Translations under genes and position numbers: made by a program | Notes under the pieces: model-generated | Databases searched by the model: none | What the model was told of the DNA's origin: nothing | The model's input: the letters and a program-made list of their open reading frames with translations, nothing else | Shown: positions 1 to 8,483 of the stretch, in pieces | Numbering within the stretch: position 1 is the stretch's first letter | Layout of the letters: every line of letters starts with the position of its first letter | Assembly: GCA_965261025.1 (NCBI GenBank) | Contig: OZ253438.1 | Coordinates: 900,001-932,000, forward strand | DNA: 32,000 bases | DNA from: Chlamydiales bacterium | GTDB taxonomy: Bacteria > Chlamydiota > Chlamydiia > Chlamydiales > SM23-39 | Direction: 5' to 3'

Positions 1-1275
1 CAACCAGGACAAGAAGAAAAATTTAAAAAGCTTACTCAAATAGAGAAAGTAAAAGAAATTGATGCCGATGAGAATAGAAAAAGGAAAAAACAAAGAGGAG
101 AACCAGAAGAGGAGGCCTCTTCTATGCAAAAATTTAGCTCTCCTATGGAAATCGCGAGAGAAAAAACCCCAAAAACAGATCTTTTTCGAAAAAACTTTTC
201 TGCCAAACAAGGTTTTGGATCCCCTGTTGCTTCAACTACTCCTTCTCCTTCTTTTTCTTCCGAATCAGAACCTACAGAAGGCCTTCCTTCTTCCAATCTG
301 TTTTGGCAAGGAGCGCCGTTAAATGCTCCTGAAAAAAAATCGGAGAGAAGCCTTAAAAAACCCTCGGAAAAATCCAAGGAACTCCCCTCAAAAAAATCTT
401 CAAAAGAAGAGAAAGTAGAGCCCTTTTTTGAAAAGGAGGAAATCTCTCCCACTCCTGTAGATCCTAAAAAAGCCTCTTCTAACACTAAGGAGGTAAAAGA
501 GTCTGTTTCCTCCCAGGAAAAAGAAGAAAAGCCCTTTGAAAAAAAACCACATATCCCTGCAAATAAGACTTCCTCTTTAGAGGAAAAAAGAAAAGATCCC
601 TCTTTTTCTACAGAAAAAAAGCCTCTTCGAAGAAAGAAAAAAAAGGAAATAAACGAGCCGATTACTCCAAAAAAAGAAGCCCCTTCTTTAAAGGAAAAAA
701 AGAAAGGAAGAAAAACTTCTTCTAAAACACCTTTAAAACATATCGCTGACAACTTTGCCCCTATGTTGGTTCTCCCTTCAGAAAACAAAGAGACTTCTTT
801 CCATAAAGAAGGGAAGAAAAAAGAAACACATCCTATAGCAGGGCTCGATTCCATAAAAATACCTCCTGAAATTGCGGCAGAAGGCCTCTCTGCCACTACA
901 AGTCTTCCTTCTTATATAAGCCCGCAAGTGCAAAATTTGTTTGCTCAAATGGTAAGCACCATCCTGGTCATGCAAACCAAAGAGATTGTTTCAACGCAAG
1001 TAGAACTAAACACTCCTTCCTTTGAAAAGTCGATCTTTAAAGGAGCTATCATTACTATAGATCGCTATTCCACAGCGCCTGGTTCTTTTAACATTCGCTT
1101 ATCTGGTTCTCCGGAAGCAGTACAACTTTTTGAAAAAAATATTTCTACACTACAAGCCGCTTTTCAAAAAGGAAAATTTTCTTTTCGAGTCTCTAGGCTA
1201 GAGACTTCTCTAAAGGAAGGGAGACCCTTAGTACAAAGAAAAGGCTCTTCTAAAGAAACAGGGGGAGGTTCTTAG
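1..1275 (+). CDS. sctP: T3SS needle-length / substrate-specificity-switch protein (SctP/CdsP-like), 5' partial
   Basis: Frame 1 is open from nt 1 (QPGQEEKFKKLTQIEK...) with no stop before the first ATG at 124, so the N-terminus lies upstream of the window. The first ~300 aa are K/E/S/P-rich low complexity. The C-terminal ~100 aa (LFAQMVSTILVMQ..VELNTPSF..FNIRLSGSPEAVQLFEKNISTLQAAFQKG) resemble the FliK/YscP T3S4 domain. The stop lies 1 nt before sctQ. Confidence 0.6.
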   Translation, partial: QPGQEEKFKKLTQIEKVKEIDADENRKRKKQRGEPEEEASSMQKFSSPMEIAREKTPKTDLFRKNFSAKQGFGSPVASTTPSPSFSSESEPTEGLPSSNLFWQGAPLNAPEKKSERSLKKPSEKSKELPSKKSSKEEKVEPFFEKEEISPTPVDPKKASSNTKEVKESVSSQEKEEKPFEKKPHIPANKTSSLEEKRKDPSFSTEKKPLRRKKKKEINEPITPKKEAPSLKEKKKGRKTSSKTPLKHIADNFAPMLVLPSENKETSFHKEGKKKETHPIAGLDSIKIPPEIAAEGLSATTSLPSYISPQVQNLFAQMVSTILVMQTKEIVSTQVELNTPSFEKSIFKGAIITIDRYSTAPGSFNIRLSGSPEAVQLFEKNISTLQAAFQKGKFSFRVSRLETSLKEGRPLVQRKGSSKETGGGS

Positions 1276-1276
1276 A

Positions 1277-2329
1277 GTGGACCTTTCCCTTTTTGAAAAG
1301 ATCAAACCTCTTTTACAGCTTACTGAAAAAAAAACTCTTTTAGGCTCTTCTGCTATTCCTTGGAAAGAAGTGGCCCAAACGATTGCTACAAACTGGAAAC
1401 TTTCCTCTTTAGGTATTTCTTGTAAAGAACAGAAAACCTGGAAAGAAACGGAGCTTCTTTTAGGATTTAGCGAAAATTTTTATTTAGTTTCTCTTCATTT
1501 TTCTCCTTTGGCAGGAAAAGTATTTTGGATCATGGATCATGCTGACCTGGCGAAATTATGCGCTGAATTTTTGATACAAAATGGACCACAAGACTTGCTT
1601 TTTTCTGAAATTTTACAAGAGAGTTTTTACCACTTTTTACTCACACAAGTTCTCTCCGATGTTGTAGAACATTCTTTCTTTCACAATTTCTCTCCTAAAA
1701 TAGCCTTTGAAAGTCCCCTTCCTGAACAAGCATGCTTTGGCACAGATATTCTTATAAAAACCCCAAAATATTCCCTTTGGGGAAGGCTTTTACTCACCTC
1801 TGATTTCGTATCTTCGTGGAATCATTATTTGCAAAAACACTTTCCCAAAGAAGAAATTTCCTTGGAAGACAAGCAAAAAGTAGTTTCTCTTTTGCTCTCT
1901 GTAGGCTCTTTTTCCCTTTCTGAAGAGACTTGGGAAAAAATAAAACCGGGGGACTTTATCACTCTAGAAGAAGTTTTCTATGATCCCCATCTTCAGGCAG
2001 GAACTGGAGTCCTCTTTTTGGAAAATATGCCTCTTTTTGAGGTAACCCTTTCTGAAAAAAAAGTAGAAATAACCCAAGCTCTTCTTCCCAAAAAACCAGG
2101 AGAAACTCTTTTTGAAGTACAAATCGCCCAAATACCTATAACTTTAGAAAAGCTCCTTTATCTAAAAACAGGTGCTCACTTGCCTTTTCCTATTTTGTCA
2201 GAAACTCTCTCTATTAATAGGGAAGGAAAAAAACTAGGAGAAGGCTCTTTTTACTACCTCGGAAACCGTCTTGGTATCTTACTACAAAAAAAGAATCTCC
2301 CTCCTTCTAAGTCCAAGAATTCATTTTAA
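1277..2329 (+). CDS. sctQ: T3SS cytoplasmic ring / sorting platform protein SctQ (CdsQ, YscQ/FliN family)
   Basis: GTG start 8 nt downstream of a GGGGGAGG Shine-Dalgarno. The C-terminal ~80 aa (FEVQIAQIPITLEKLLYLKTGAHLPFP...INREGKKLGEGSFYYLGNRLGILL) fit the SpoA/FliN surface-presentation-of-antigens domain. Position between the sctP-like gene and sctC matches the chlamydial cluster. Confidence 0.7.
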   Translation: MDLSLFEKIKPLLQLTEKKTLLGSSAIPWKEVAQTIATNWKLSSLGISCKEQKTWKETELLLGFSENFYLVSLHFSPLAGKVFWIMDHADLAKLCAEFLIQNGPQDLLFSEILQESFYHFLLTQVLSDVVEHSFFHNFSPKIAFESPLPEQACFGTDILIKTPKYSLWGRLLLTSDFVSSWNHYLQKHFPKEEISLEDKQKVVSLLLSVGSFSLSEETWEKIKPGDFITLEEVFYDPHLQAGTGVLFLENMPLFEVTLSEKKVEITQALLPKKPGETLFEVQIAQIPITLEKLLYLKTGAHLPFPILSETLSINREGKKLGEGSFYYLGNRLGILLQKKNLPPSKSKNSF

Positions 2330-2445
2330 GATTTATTTTAAAGGGTCTTTTTATTTACTTTTTTTTCTTTTCTAGACTATTATTTACGGAGTTTGTTTGC
2401 TAAAAGTTATTCTTTTTTTGAACGAACAAAAGCAGTAGACAACAT

Positions 2446-2474
2446 TTGCATTAATTTACAAGGTATTTTACGAT
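2446..2474 (+). promoter_or_regulatory. candidate sigma70-type promoter for sctC (TTGCAT-17 nt-TACGAT)
   Basis: Hexamers read directly in the 236-nt sctQ-sctC spacer, ~90 nt upstream of the sctC ATG. No experimental support. Confidence 0.25.
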
Positions 2475-2565
2475 GCAAAGACAAGGGGCTTGTACGAAGC
2501 AGGGGCTACCTTTTCGGGGCATCTTTAACCTTAAGTTTTGATGGGGCCAGTAGCGAATCCTCCTT

Positions 2566-5500
2566 ATGAAATGTGGTAGATGGGTTTTTCTTTTTTTCTT
2601 CTTGTGGATAACTCCTCTTCTCGCTACGAGCTCTGTTTCTGCAGAAGATCGGTTTACTATCAACTACACGAATGTTTCCATTCAAGAGTATCTAAAGTTT
2701 GTTAGTAAAATTACGGGTGTAAATTTTATCTACCAGGAGGAAGACTTAAACTTCTCTGTTTCTGTTTTATCTGAAGATCCTGTCACACCTGAAAATGTTT
2801 TAGCTACTTTGACTCAGGTTCTCCGCATTAATGGTCTTTTTTTGATGGAGGAAAAAGAGAGTCTAGTGATTCATAAAAATCCTGATGTCAGGCAGCCTGC
2901 TCCTTTGATGCTCGAAGGAGAAAAAAGGAAAAATACCTATCCGATGGCAACCAAGATCTTTCGGTTAAAACAAGCCCAAGCCTCTGCTGTAAGTGCCGTA
3001 GTTCGTCCGATGATCTCTTCTTCTGCGATTTTAGAAATTTTTGAATCAACTAATCAGCTAATTCTCACAGATATAACAGCTACTGTGGAGAAAGTCTCTT
3101 CTTTGATTGAAAATTTAGATTCTTCACAAACGCCTCTTTCCATAGAGCCTTTTCATGCAAAATATGAGGAAGTAGGTGTATTGATGGATTTGGGGACAAA
3201 AATCTTGGAACCGATTACAAAGGGCTCTCCTTTCCTTTTGGTACCTCAAACTTCCACCCAGGTAATCTTCATCGTCTCTAATTCTCCTTTAATTGAAAAA
3301 GCAATTAAGGTTCTCTCTGTTTTGGATGCCGAGGCAAAAAAACCGAAATACAAAACACTGAAATCAGAAAATGTCTTTATCTACAAGATAGAACACAGAA
3401 CCGTATCTGAAATTATGAGAAGCCTTCAGGCCATTGCAAGCAATATTCAAAAAAGGGGGTACATAGAAAGAGGGCTCTTGGAAACCATTGATAAAGCAAA
3501 ACCTATCGTAGAGAGTAATACCCTTCTTTTTACAGGAGATCCTTCTTCCTTAAATAAGGTTAGGGAGCTCTTACAAATTTTGGATGTTTCTTCGAAAGAA
3601 GAAGTAGAGTCTTCCGAAGATTCTTTTTTTGTATATAAACCCCTTTACGTCTCCCCTTCTCAAGTAGAAAGAGCTTTACAAGATGTAGCGGAGAGTTTGT
3701 TAAAATCCCCTTTAAAAGACCAGTCTCTTTTAAAGACGCTACAAAGCGCGAAGATAGTGCCTAGTACTCAATCGGTAATTTTTTCGGGAGATCCTACTAC
3801 CTTTTCTAAAGTAAAAGAGCTTTTAGCCTCTATTGATAATGCAGAGTCTGCCGAAGGGGAAGGAAACCATACTTTTTATGTGTACCAAATCCAGAATGTT
3901 CCTGAGGAAGTCTTGGCTGCTTCGTTAAAGAAACTCGCAAAAACCCTAGAGAAGGAAAAAAGTAAAAATACGGCCCTAGTGGAAGCTATTGACTCAATGA
4001 AATATCTGCCTGACACCAATTCTATTCTCTTTACAGGAACTCAGAGAGCTCTAGAGAGACTCAAAGAGCTCATTCCTTCCTTTGATCAAGGATTTGAAAA
4101 AGGAGCCTTGCAGAAAAGCTCTCAATTTTTAGTTTATAAACCCCAATATCTTTCAGGAAAAGAACTCCAAGAGGTGCTTGGTGATTTCATCTCCAATTTG
4201 CAAGATGCCAAATTAACAGACCCTAATCTTTTGCGTTCTTTACAAAGTATGCACTGGATAGACAAAACCCAGTCACTCATTTTTACAGGGGATACAGCTT
4301 CTTTACAAAAAGTCGAGGGATTATTAGCTACGGTTGATGTGCAAAATTCCCCTGCTGTGCCCGGGTTAAAAAGGACTTTTCTCATATACCAGCTTCAATA
4401 TGTGCCTGAAAAAAGCGTAGAAGACTATTTAAAAAAAGTATCTGACAACTTAACTAAAAAGAGCTTGAAAGAGGAAAACCTGGTAGAAGCTATCCGAACT
4501 ATGAGATGGATTCCTGAAGCGCATTCTTTTATGTTTTCCGGAACGCAAACTGCTTTAAACCAGATTAAACAACTTCTTACCAATTTTGATATTCCCGTAG
4601 ATAAAGCTTTTGCCGCTTCTAAGCCTAAATTTCTTTTGTATCCCTTACAAAATGTTTCGAAGGAAAGACTAGAAGCCTATTTACACCAAGTATCGCAAAA
4701 TTTGAATAGATCCGACATAGAGCAAAATAGTCTTTATAACACCATTCACTCTATGAAATGGATTTCAGAATCTCATTCTTTTATGTTTAATGGTAATGAG
4801 ACTTCTTTAGCAAAAGTACAAGAGCTCGTCTCCCATTTCGATACAACTACCCAGAAACAGGCACCTGAGAAAAGCACCTTTATCCTATATCCCTTAAAGT
4901 ATGTTTCTCAAAAACAAATGGATGCCTATCTCTCTTCCCTAGTAAAAAATCTAAAAAACTCAGGACTAGGAGAACAAGCCCTCATGGAGATTATTTCAGA
5001 GAGGAAATGGATTCAGGACTCTCATTCTTATATGTTTTCTGGTCCCCAAAATGTCTTAGATAGACTACAGGTTCTCTTAAAAGACTTTGATGAGCCTTCC
5101 GATGCAAGACAAGCGCAAGGATATTTCCTTTATAAGCTCGAAAACACCCCTGGAGATGTAATTGAAGAGGATTTGGAACGCTTTGCCAAGAACATGAAAG
5201 CCTCTGGCATGGGAAATACCAAGGTAATTCAAGTCATTGAAAACCTCAAATGGATCAAAGAAACGAATTCCATCCTCCTAACAGGAGATGCTTCTGCTAT
5301 AGAAGAGGTAAAAGCGCTTATTGTACAGTACGATATCCCCAGAAAATCTGGCTCAGTTCATAGTGAGTTCTACATGTACAAACCGCAATATGTAACCCCT
5401 CAGCAGCTACAAAAGTCTCTTTTGGATATTGCCAAGACGTTAAAACAGGGAGGACTGACAGACTCTTCTCTTCTAAGCGCTATCAACGGGATGAAATTTA

Positions 5501-7326
5501 GCAGTGAGACCTGTTCTGTTATCTTCACAGGTTCACAACAAACACTACAAAAGATTGAAGGCCTTATTAAAGAGGTGGATCTACCTTCTAGCAGGCAAAA
5601 AAAAGCACTGCAAAAATCGGGTTTTTTTCTCTACAAGCTAAAATTTGTTTCCGGAGAAAAGATGCTTACCTACTTAAAAGATATTACCGATGACTTAAAA
5701 AAATCCGGTTCTTCTGATCAGCAGTTTTTATCTGCTTTAACTAGTGTGCGTTTTGTACAAGAAACTAACTCTTTAGTCTTTACAGGATCTGATCCTTCTC
5801 TGGAAAGGGTAAAAGCTTTGGTGGAAAAATTTGATATTCCCTCTCTAACAGACCATCCTAAAGGAGAAGTCCCTTCTTCTTTTTTTGTATATAAACCTGT
5901 TTATGTCTCGGGAAGTGGCCTAGAGAAAATGCTTTTAGATTTTGCAGATAACCTAAAGGAACAAGGACTGTATGATCCTGCCTTGTATCAAACGATCCGT
6001 TCTATGAAGTGGATTACTTCCACGAAGAGTTTGGTATTTACAGGGGATAAAAACACTCTTGCTCAAGTCAAAGATCTCTTGCAGCTTTTTGATACTCCTC
6101 AAGAAGGACAACCTTTTTCTGATGGCTCTATTCAACCCATCGACAATACTAGCTTTTTGGTATACAAGCTTCAATATCACAAAGGGACAGAAATCCAAAA
6201 TGCACTAAGGCAAATTGCAAAAGATTTTGATAATAATAAAACGCAAGTAAACAAAGAGCTTCTACTAGCTATTCAGTCTATCCAGTGGTTAGAGGTAACT
6301 AATTCTCTTCTTTGTACAGGTCCTCAAGAAACCCTAACTCGGTTAAAAGAGCTCATCAAAAATTTAGATGTTCCTTTAAAGCAGGTATTCATAGAGGTAC
6401 TGGTCATTCAAACTTCTCTTGCCAATATTTTAACTTTTGGACTGGATTGGACGAGCAATTTTAAGCACAAAGATAAGTTTTCTGGGAAACTGCAGAACTC
6501 CTCTAACACTACGAGTAATTTCTTATCCAATTTTGACACAGTAAATGCAACCACTTCCCCTGCCCCTACTTTGATTCCCAACCTTCAACCTAGTTTTGAG
6601 TTGGGAGTAATAGGAGATATTATTCTTCATAGGGGACGCTCCTTTATTTCGATGGGATCTTTATTAAGAGCTCTGCAAAAGGACCAAGAAACCACTATAG
6701 TGACTACCCCAAAACTTCTTACGCAAGATAATAAGCAGGCCAGTATTTTCATTGGGCAAAATGTTCCCTATGCGGGTTCTTTTGTGAGAAATGAAGGACA
6801 AAATACTGTCATTAACCAAAATCTGGAATATAGAGATATTGGAATGAATCTTACTATTACCCCCGTCTTAGGAAATTCTGATATAGTTACCTTAGACATC
6901 CAGCTTAACTCTAGTTCTATAGCAACAGATGCTTTGGGAAATACAGATACAAACATCATCAATAATCAGGGAGTTAGCGGTATTACTACCAGTAAAACCA
7001 ATTTAAATACCACTGTCCATGTTCCCAATGAAAGCTTTTTAGTGCTCAGTGGTATGGTGGATATCACAAAGACAGAGAGAAAAGAAGGGATCCCCTGTCT
7101 GGGAGGACTTCCCTATCTTGCTTCTGCTTTTTCCGTAGCAAGTAAAGGAGATACTCGGTCTAACATCGTGGTTTTTATAAGACCTCATATTATCCACTCC
7201 TATGAAGATGTGAAAAAGATCACAGAAGAGCAAGAAGATGCTTTCCGAGAGCAAACAGGTTCTCCTCGCTTAGAAAAAGAATTTGATGAAGCCATGGAGT
7301 ACATCAAAGGAGAAGAAGACAGGTAA
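2566..7326 (+). CDS. sctC: Giant type III secretion outer-membrane secretin (SctC/CdsC) with expanded periplasmic N-domain array
   Basis: 1586-aa ORF. It has an N-terminal signal peptide (MKCGRWVFLFFFLWITPLLATSSVSA) and an N0-like domain (INYTNVSIQEYLKFVSKITGVNFIY...). Many Secretin_N-like units follow. The C-terminal secretin pore domain runs VFIEVLVIQTS...LEYRDIGMNLTITP...IPCLGGLPYLASAF...NIVVFIRPHII. Assigned to T3SS rather than T2SS by its position after sctQ. Confidence 0.9.
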   Translation: MKCGRWVFLFFFLWITPLLATSSVSAEDRFTINYTNVSIQEYLKFVSKITGVNFIYQEEDLNFSVSVLSEDPVTPENVLATLTQVLRINGLFLMEEKESLVIHKNPDVRQPAPLMLEGEKRKNTYPMATKIFRLKQAQASAVSAVVRPMISSSAILEIFESTNQLILTDITATVEKVSSLIENLDSSQTPLSIEPFHAKYEEVGVLMDLGTKILEPITKGSPFLLVPQTSTQVIFIVSNSPLIEKAIKVLSVLDAEAKKPKYKTLKSENVFIYKIEHRTVSEIMRSLQAIASNIQKRGYIERGLLETIDKAKPIVESNTLLFTGDPSSLNKVRELLQILDVSSKEEVESSEDSFFVYKPLYVSPSQVERALQDVAESLLKSPLKDQSLLKTLQSAKIVPSTQSVIFSGDPTTFSKVKELLASIDNAESAEGEGNHTFYVYQIQNVPEEVLAASLKKLAKTLEKEKSKNTALVEAIDSMKYLPDTNSILFTGTQRALERLKELIPSFDQGFEKGALQKSSQFLVYKPQYLSGKELQEVLGDFISNLQDAKLTDPNLLRSLQSMHWIDKTQSLIFTGDTASLQKVEGLLATVDVQNSPAVPGLKRTFLIYQLQYVPEKSVEDYLKKVSDNLTKKSLKEENLVEAIRTMRWIPEAHSFMFSGTQTALNQIKQLLTNFDIPVDKAFAASKPKFLLYPLQNVSKERLEAYLHQVSQNLNRSDIEQNSLYNTIHSMKWISESHSFMFNGNETSLAKVQELVSHFDTTTQKQAPEKSTFILYPLKYVSQKQMDAYLSSLVKNLKNSGLGEQALMEIISERKWIQDSHSYMFSGPQNVLDRLQVLLKDFDEPSDARQAQGYFLYKLENTPGDVIEEDLERFAKNMKASGMGNTKVIQVIENLKWIKETNSILLTGDASAIEEVKALIVQYDIPRKSGSVHSEFYMYKPQYVTPQQLQKSLLDIAKTLKQGGLTDSSLLSAINGMKFSSETCSVIFTGSQQTLQKIEGLIKEVDLPSSRQKKALQKSGFFLYKLKFVSGEKMLTYLKDITDDLKKSGSSDQQFLSALTSVRFVQETNSLVFTGSDPSLERVKALVEKFDIPSLTDHPKGEVPSSFFVYKPVYVSGSGLEKMLLDFADNLKEQGLYDPALYQTIRSMKWITSTKSLVFTGDKNTLAQVKDLLQLFDTPQEGQPFSDGSIQPIDNTSFLVYKLQYHKGTEIQNALRQIAKDFDNNKTQVNKELLLAIQSIQWLEVTNSLLCTGPQETLTRLKELIKNLDVPLKQVFIEVLVIQTSLANILTFGLDWTSNFKHKDKFSGKLQNSSNTTSNFLSNFDTVNATTSPAPTLIPNLQPSFELGVIGDIILHRGRSFISMGSLLRALQKDQETTIVTTPKLLTQDNKQASIFIGQNVPYAGSFVRNEGQNTVINQNLEYRDIGMNLTITPVLGNSDIVTLDIQLNSSSIATDALGNTDTNIINNQGVSGITTSKTNLNTTVHVPNESFLVLSGMVDITKTERKEGIPCLGGLPYLASAFSVASKGDTRSNIVVFIRPHIIHSYEDVKKITEEQEDAFREQTGSPRLEKEFDEAMEYIKGEEDR
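3367..6384 (+). repeat. 12 tandem, diverged coding repeats (~243-270 nt, 79-90 aa each) inside sctC, each a secretin N-domain-like unit
   Basis: Unit starts are at nt 3367, 3619, 3868, 4120, 4372, 4624, 4873, 5119, 5362, 5620, 5878 and 6148. The recurring pattern is xF[FL][VIL]YK[PL]xYV..(helix)..L..D..L...I.SM.WI..TNSL.FTG....L..V..L...[FL]D. Similarity is at the protein level; at DNA level only short codon islands recur (for example ttt aca ggn for F-T-G). Confidence 0.85.
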
Positions 7327-7466
7327 AACCTGGAATAGCAAAAAGAATCCCTGTTAAGAAGAAATTTTTTCTTTAGTTTAACATCAAGATATTACACTTA
7401 GAAAATCCTTCCTTATCCCAGAAGACGGGGCGCTTTCTGTAACTTCTTTTTTAGGCGCTAAATTGC

Positions 7467-7495
7467 TTGACGAATTCCCAATCTATCTCTAACAT
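7467..7495 (+). promoter_or_regulatory. candidate sigma70-type promoter (TTGACG-17 nt-TAACAT) for the TPR-lipoprotein / YidD-like pair
   Basis: Near-consensus -35 and an acceptable -10 at 17-nt spacing, ~38 nt upstream of the ATG at 7533. The TTG that the ORF track uses as a start at 7467 is the -35 element itself. Confidence 0.3.
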
Positions 7496-7532
7496 CGGCC
7501 TTGAGCAGGAAGTTAGCATTTCTTTTTATCAC

Positions 7533-8483
7533 ATGTCCTTTTATAAAAAACTGGTTTCTTTTCTTATTTTTTCTTGCTTTTTCTCTTCTTGCTACAGAGT
7601 TTCCGATACCATTGAACCCAAAGTAAATCCTCAAATCGAAGCTTCGTACTTGCATTCTCTTTCTTCTCCTTTTCCTCCTCTTTCCTATGAGGAAAAAAAT
7701 AGTGATTGGGGTAAGGAGTACAGAATAGGGCTAGATTTTGCAAAGCAGCTAGATCTGTATCGAGCTGTTTCTACGTTCAAAAGAGCGGCTGTTTTAGTAG
7801 ATGAGGAAGAAAGAGCTTTGCAAATTCACTACTTCATCTGCTTTTGTTATTACCTTGGGAAAAAATATGAAGAAGTGATTACCCATTTTGAAAAGTCGAA
7901 TTTACCTCATATCGATGCCAGTTTTCCTGCCTATCAAGATCTTCTTGTTTTTTTATATGAATCTTATGTAGAGCTTAATGATATAGAAAAAGCAGAATGT
8001 ATTTTTCATCTCATTCAAAAAAAAGATCCCAAAAAAGGGGAAAAACTCAAAGTTTCTTCTTCTCTGCTCCACGGAAATATTTATGAACTAGAAAAACTCT
8101 CTAAAATCCCCCCCTATGACAGCTACCTCCCTCCTCTTTTAAAAAGCTATCACGCCCAAAAAAAATCGGTTTCTAAAGCACAAGGATTAAATGCCCTTTT
8201 ACCGGGAGCGGGATATTATTATTTAGGTATGAAGAAAACTGCTAGTACCGCTTTTTTATTAAATGGACTTTTCCTTTACGCTTCCTATCATTTTTTCAAA
8301 AATGGCCCCTTGGCTGCGGCTATTATTACCACCAGCTTTGAAATGGGTTGGTACTTTGGAGGTATCTATGGAGCGGGCGAGGAAGCCAAATTCTACAATG
8401 AAAGACTTTACGAAAAACAAGCAACTCCTATTATGAACAAAAGGAAGCTTTTTCCTGTTTTGATGTTAGAATATGGTTTTTAG
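7533..8483 (+). CDS. TPR-like repeat protein with putative lipoprotein signal and two C-terminal TM helices
   Basis: The ATG at 7533 gives MSFYKKLVSFLIFSCFFSSCYRVS: a basic n-region, a hydrophobic core and two candidate lipobox cysteines (imperfect lipobox). The middle has TPR-like helical repeats (YRAVSTFKRAA, YYLGKKYEEVITHFEKS, IEKAECIFHLIQKKDP). The C-terminus is hydrophobic (LLPGAGYYYLGMKKTASTAFLLNGLFLYASYHFF..AAAIITTSFEMGWYFGGIYGAG). Confidence 0.6.
   Translation: MSFYKKLVSFLIFSCFFSSCYRVSDTIEPKVNPQIEASYLHSLSSPFPPLSYEEKNSDWGKEYRIGLDFAKQLDLYRAVSTFKRAAVLVDEEERALQIHYFICFCYYLGKKYEEVITHFEKSNLPHIDASFPAYQDLLVFLYESYVELNDIEKAECIFHLIQKKDPKKGEKLKVSSSLLHGNIYELEKLSKIPPYDSYLPPLLKSYHAQKKSVSKAQGLNALLPGAGYYYLGMKKTASTAFLLNGLFLYASYHFFKNGPLAAAIITTSFEMGWYFGGIYGAGEEAKFYNERLYEKQATPIMNKRKLFPVLMLEYGF

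Noticed and set aside
59-322. 87-aa plus-strand ORF
   Set aside because: It is off-frame inside the sctP-like CDS and consists of low-complexity leucine/lysine runs. No independent support.
36-896. 286-aa ORF on the minus strand
   Set aside because: It is the antisense image of the K/E/S/P low-complexity region of the sctP-like gene, whose purine-rich codon runs leave the complement free of stops. Its translation is F/S/G/E-rich with no motifs, and the plus-strand frame ends in a recognisable T3S4-like domain.
2472-2523. Possible structured 5' leader or small RNA upstream of sctC (GATGC...GCATC, repeated AGGGGCT)
   Set aside because: Only 4-5 bp complementary segments could be paired by eye. 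The two AGGGGCT copies are direct repeats, not inverted, so there is no convincing hairpin.
2451-2663. 70-aa minus-strand ORF spanning the sctQ-sctC spacer and the sctC start
   Set aside because: It has no SD and no motif, and it overlaps the sctC signal-peptide codons in antisense. It is more simply explained as chance in T-rich sequence.
7467-7532. Longer N-terminus (TTG at 7467) for the TPR protein
   Set aside because: The extension (MTNSQSISNIGLEQEV...) would precede the signal peptide, and its TTG coincides with a good -35 hexamer. The ATG at 7533 gives a canonical signal-peptide N-terminus.
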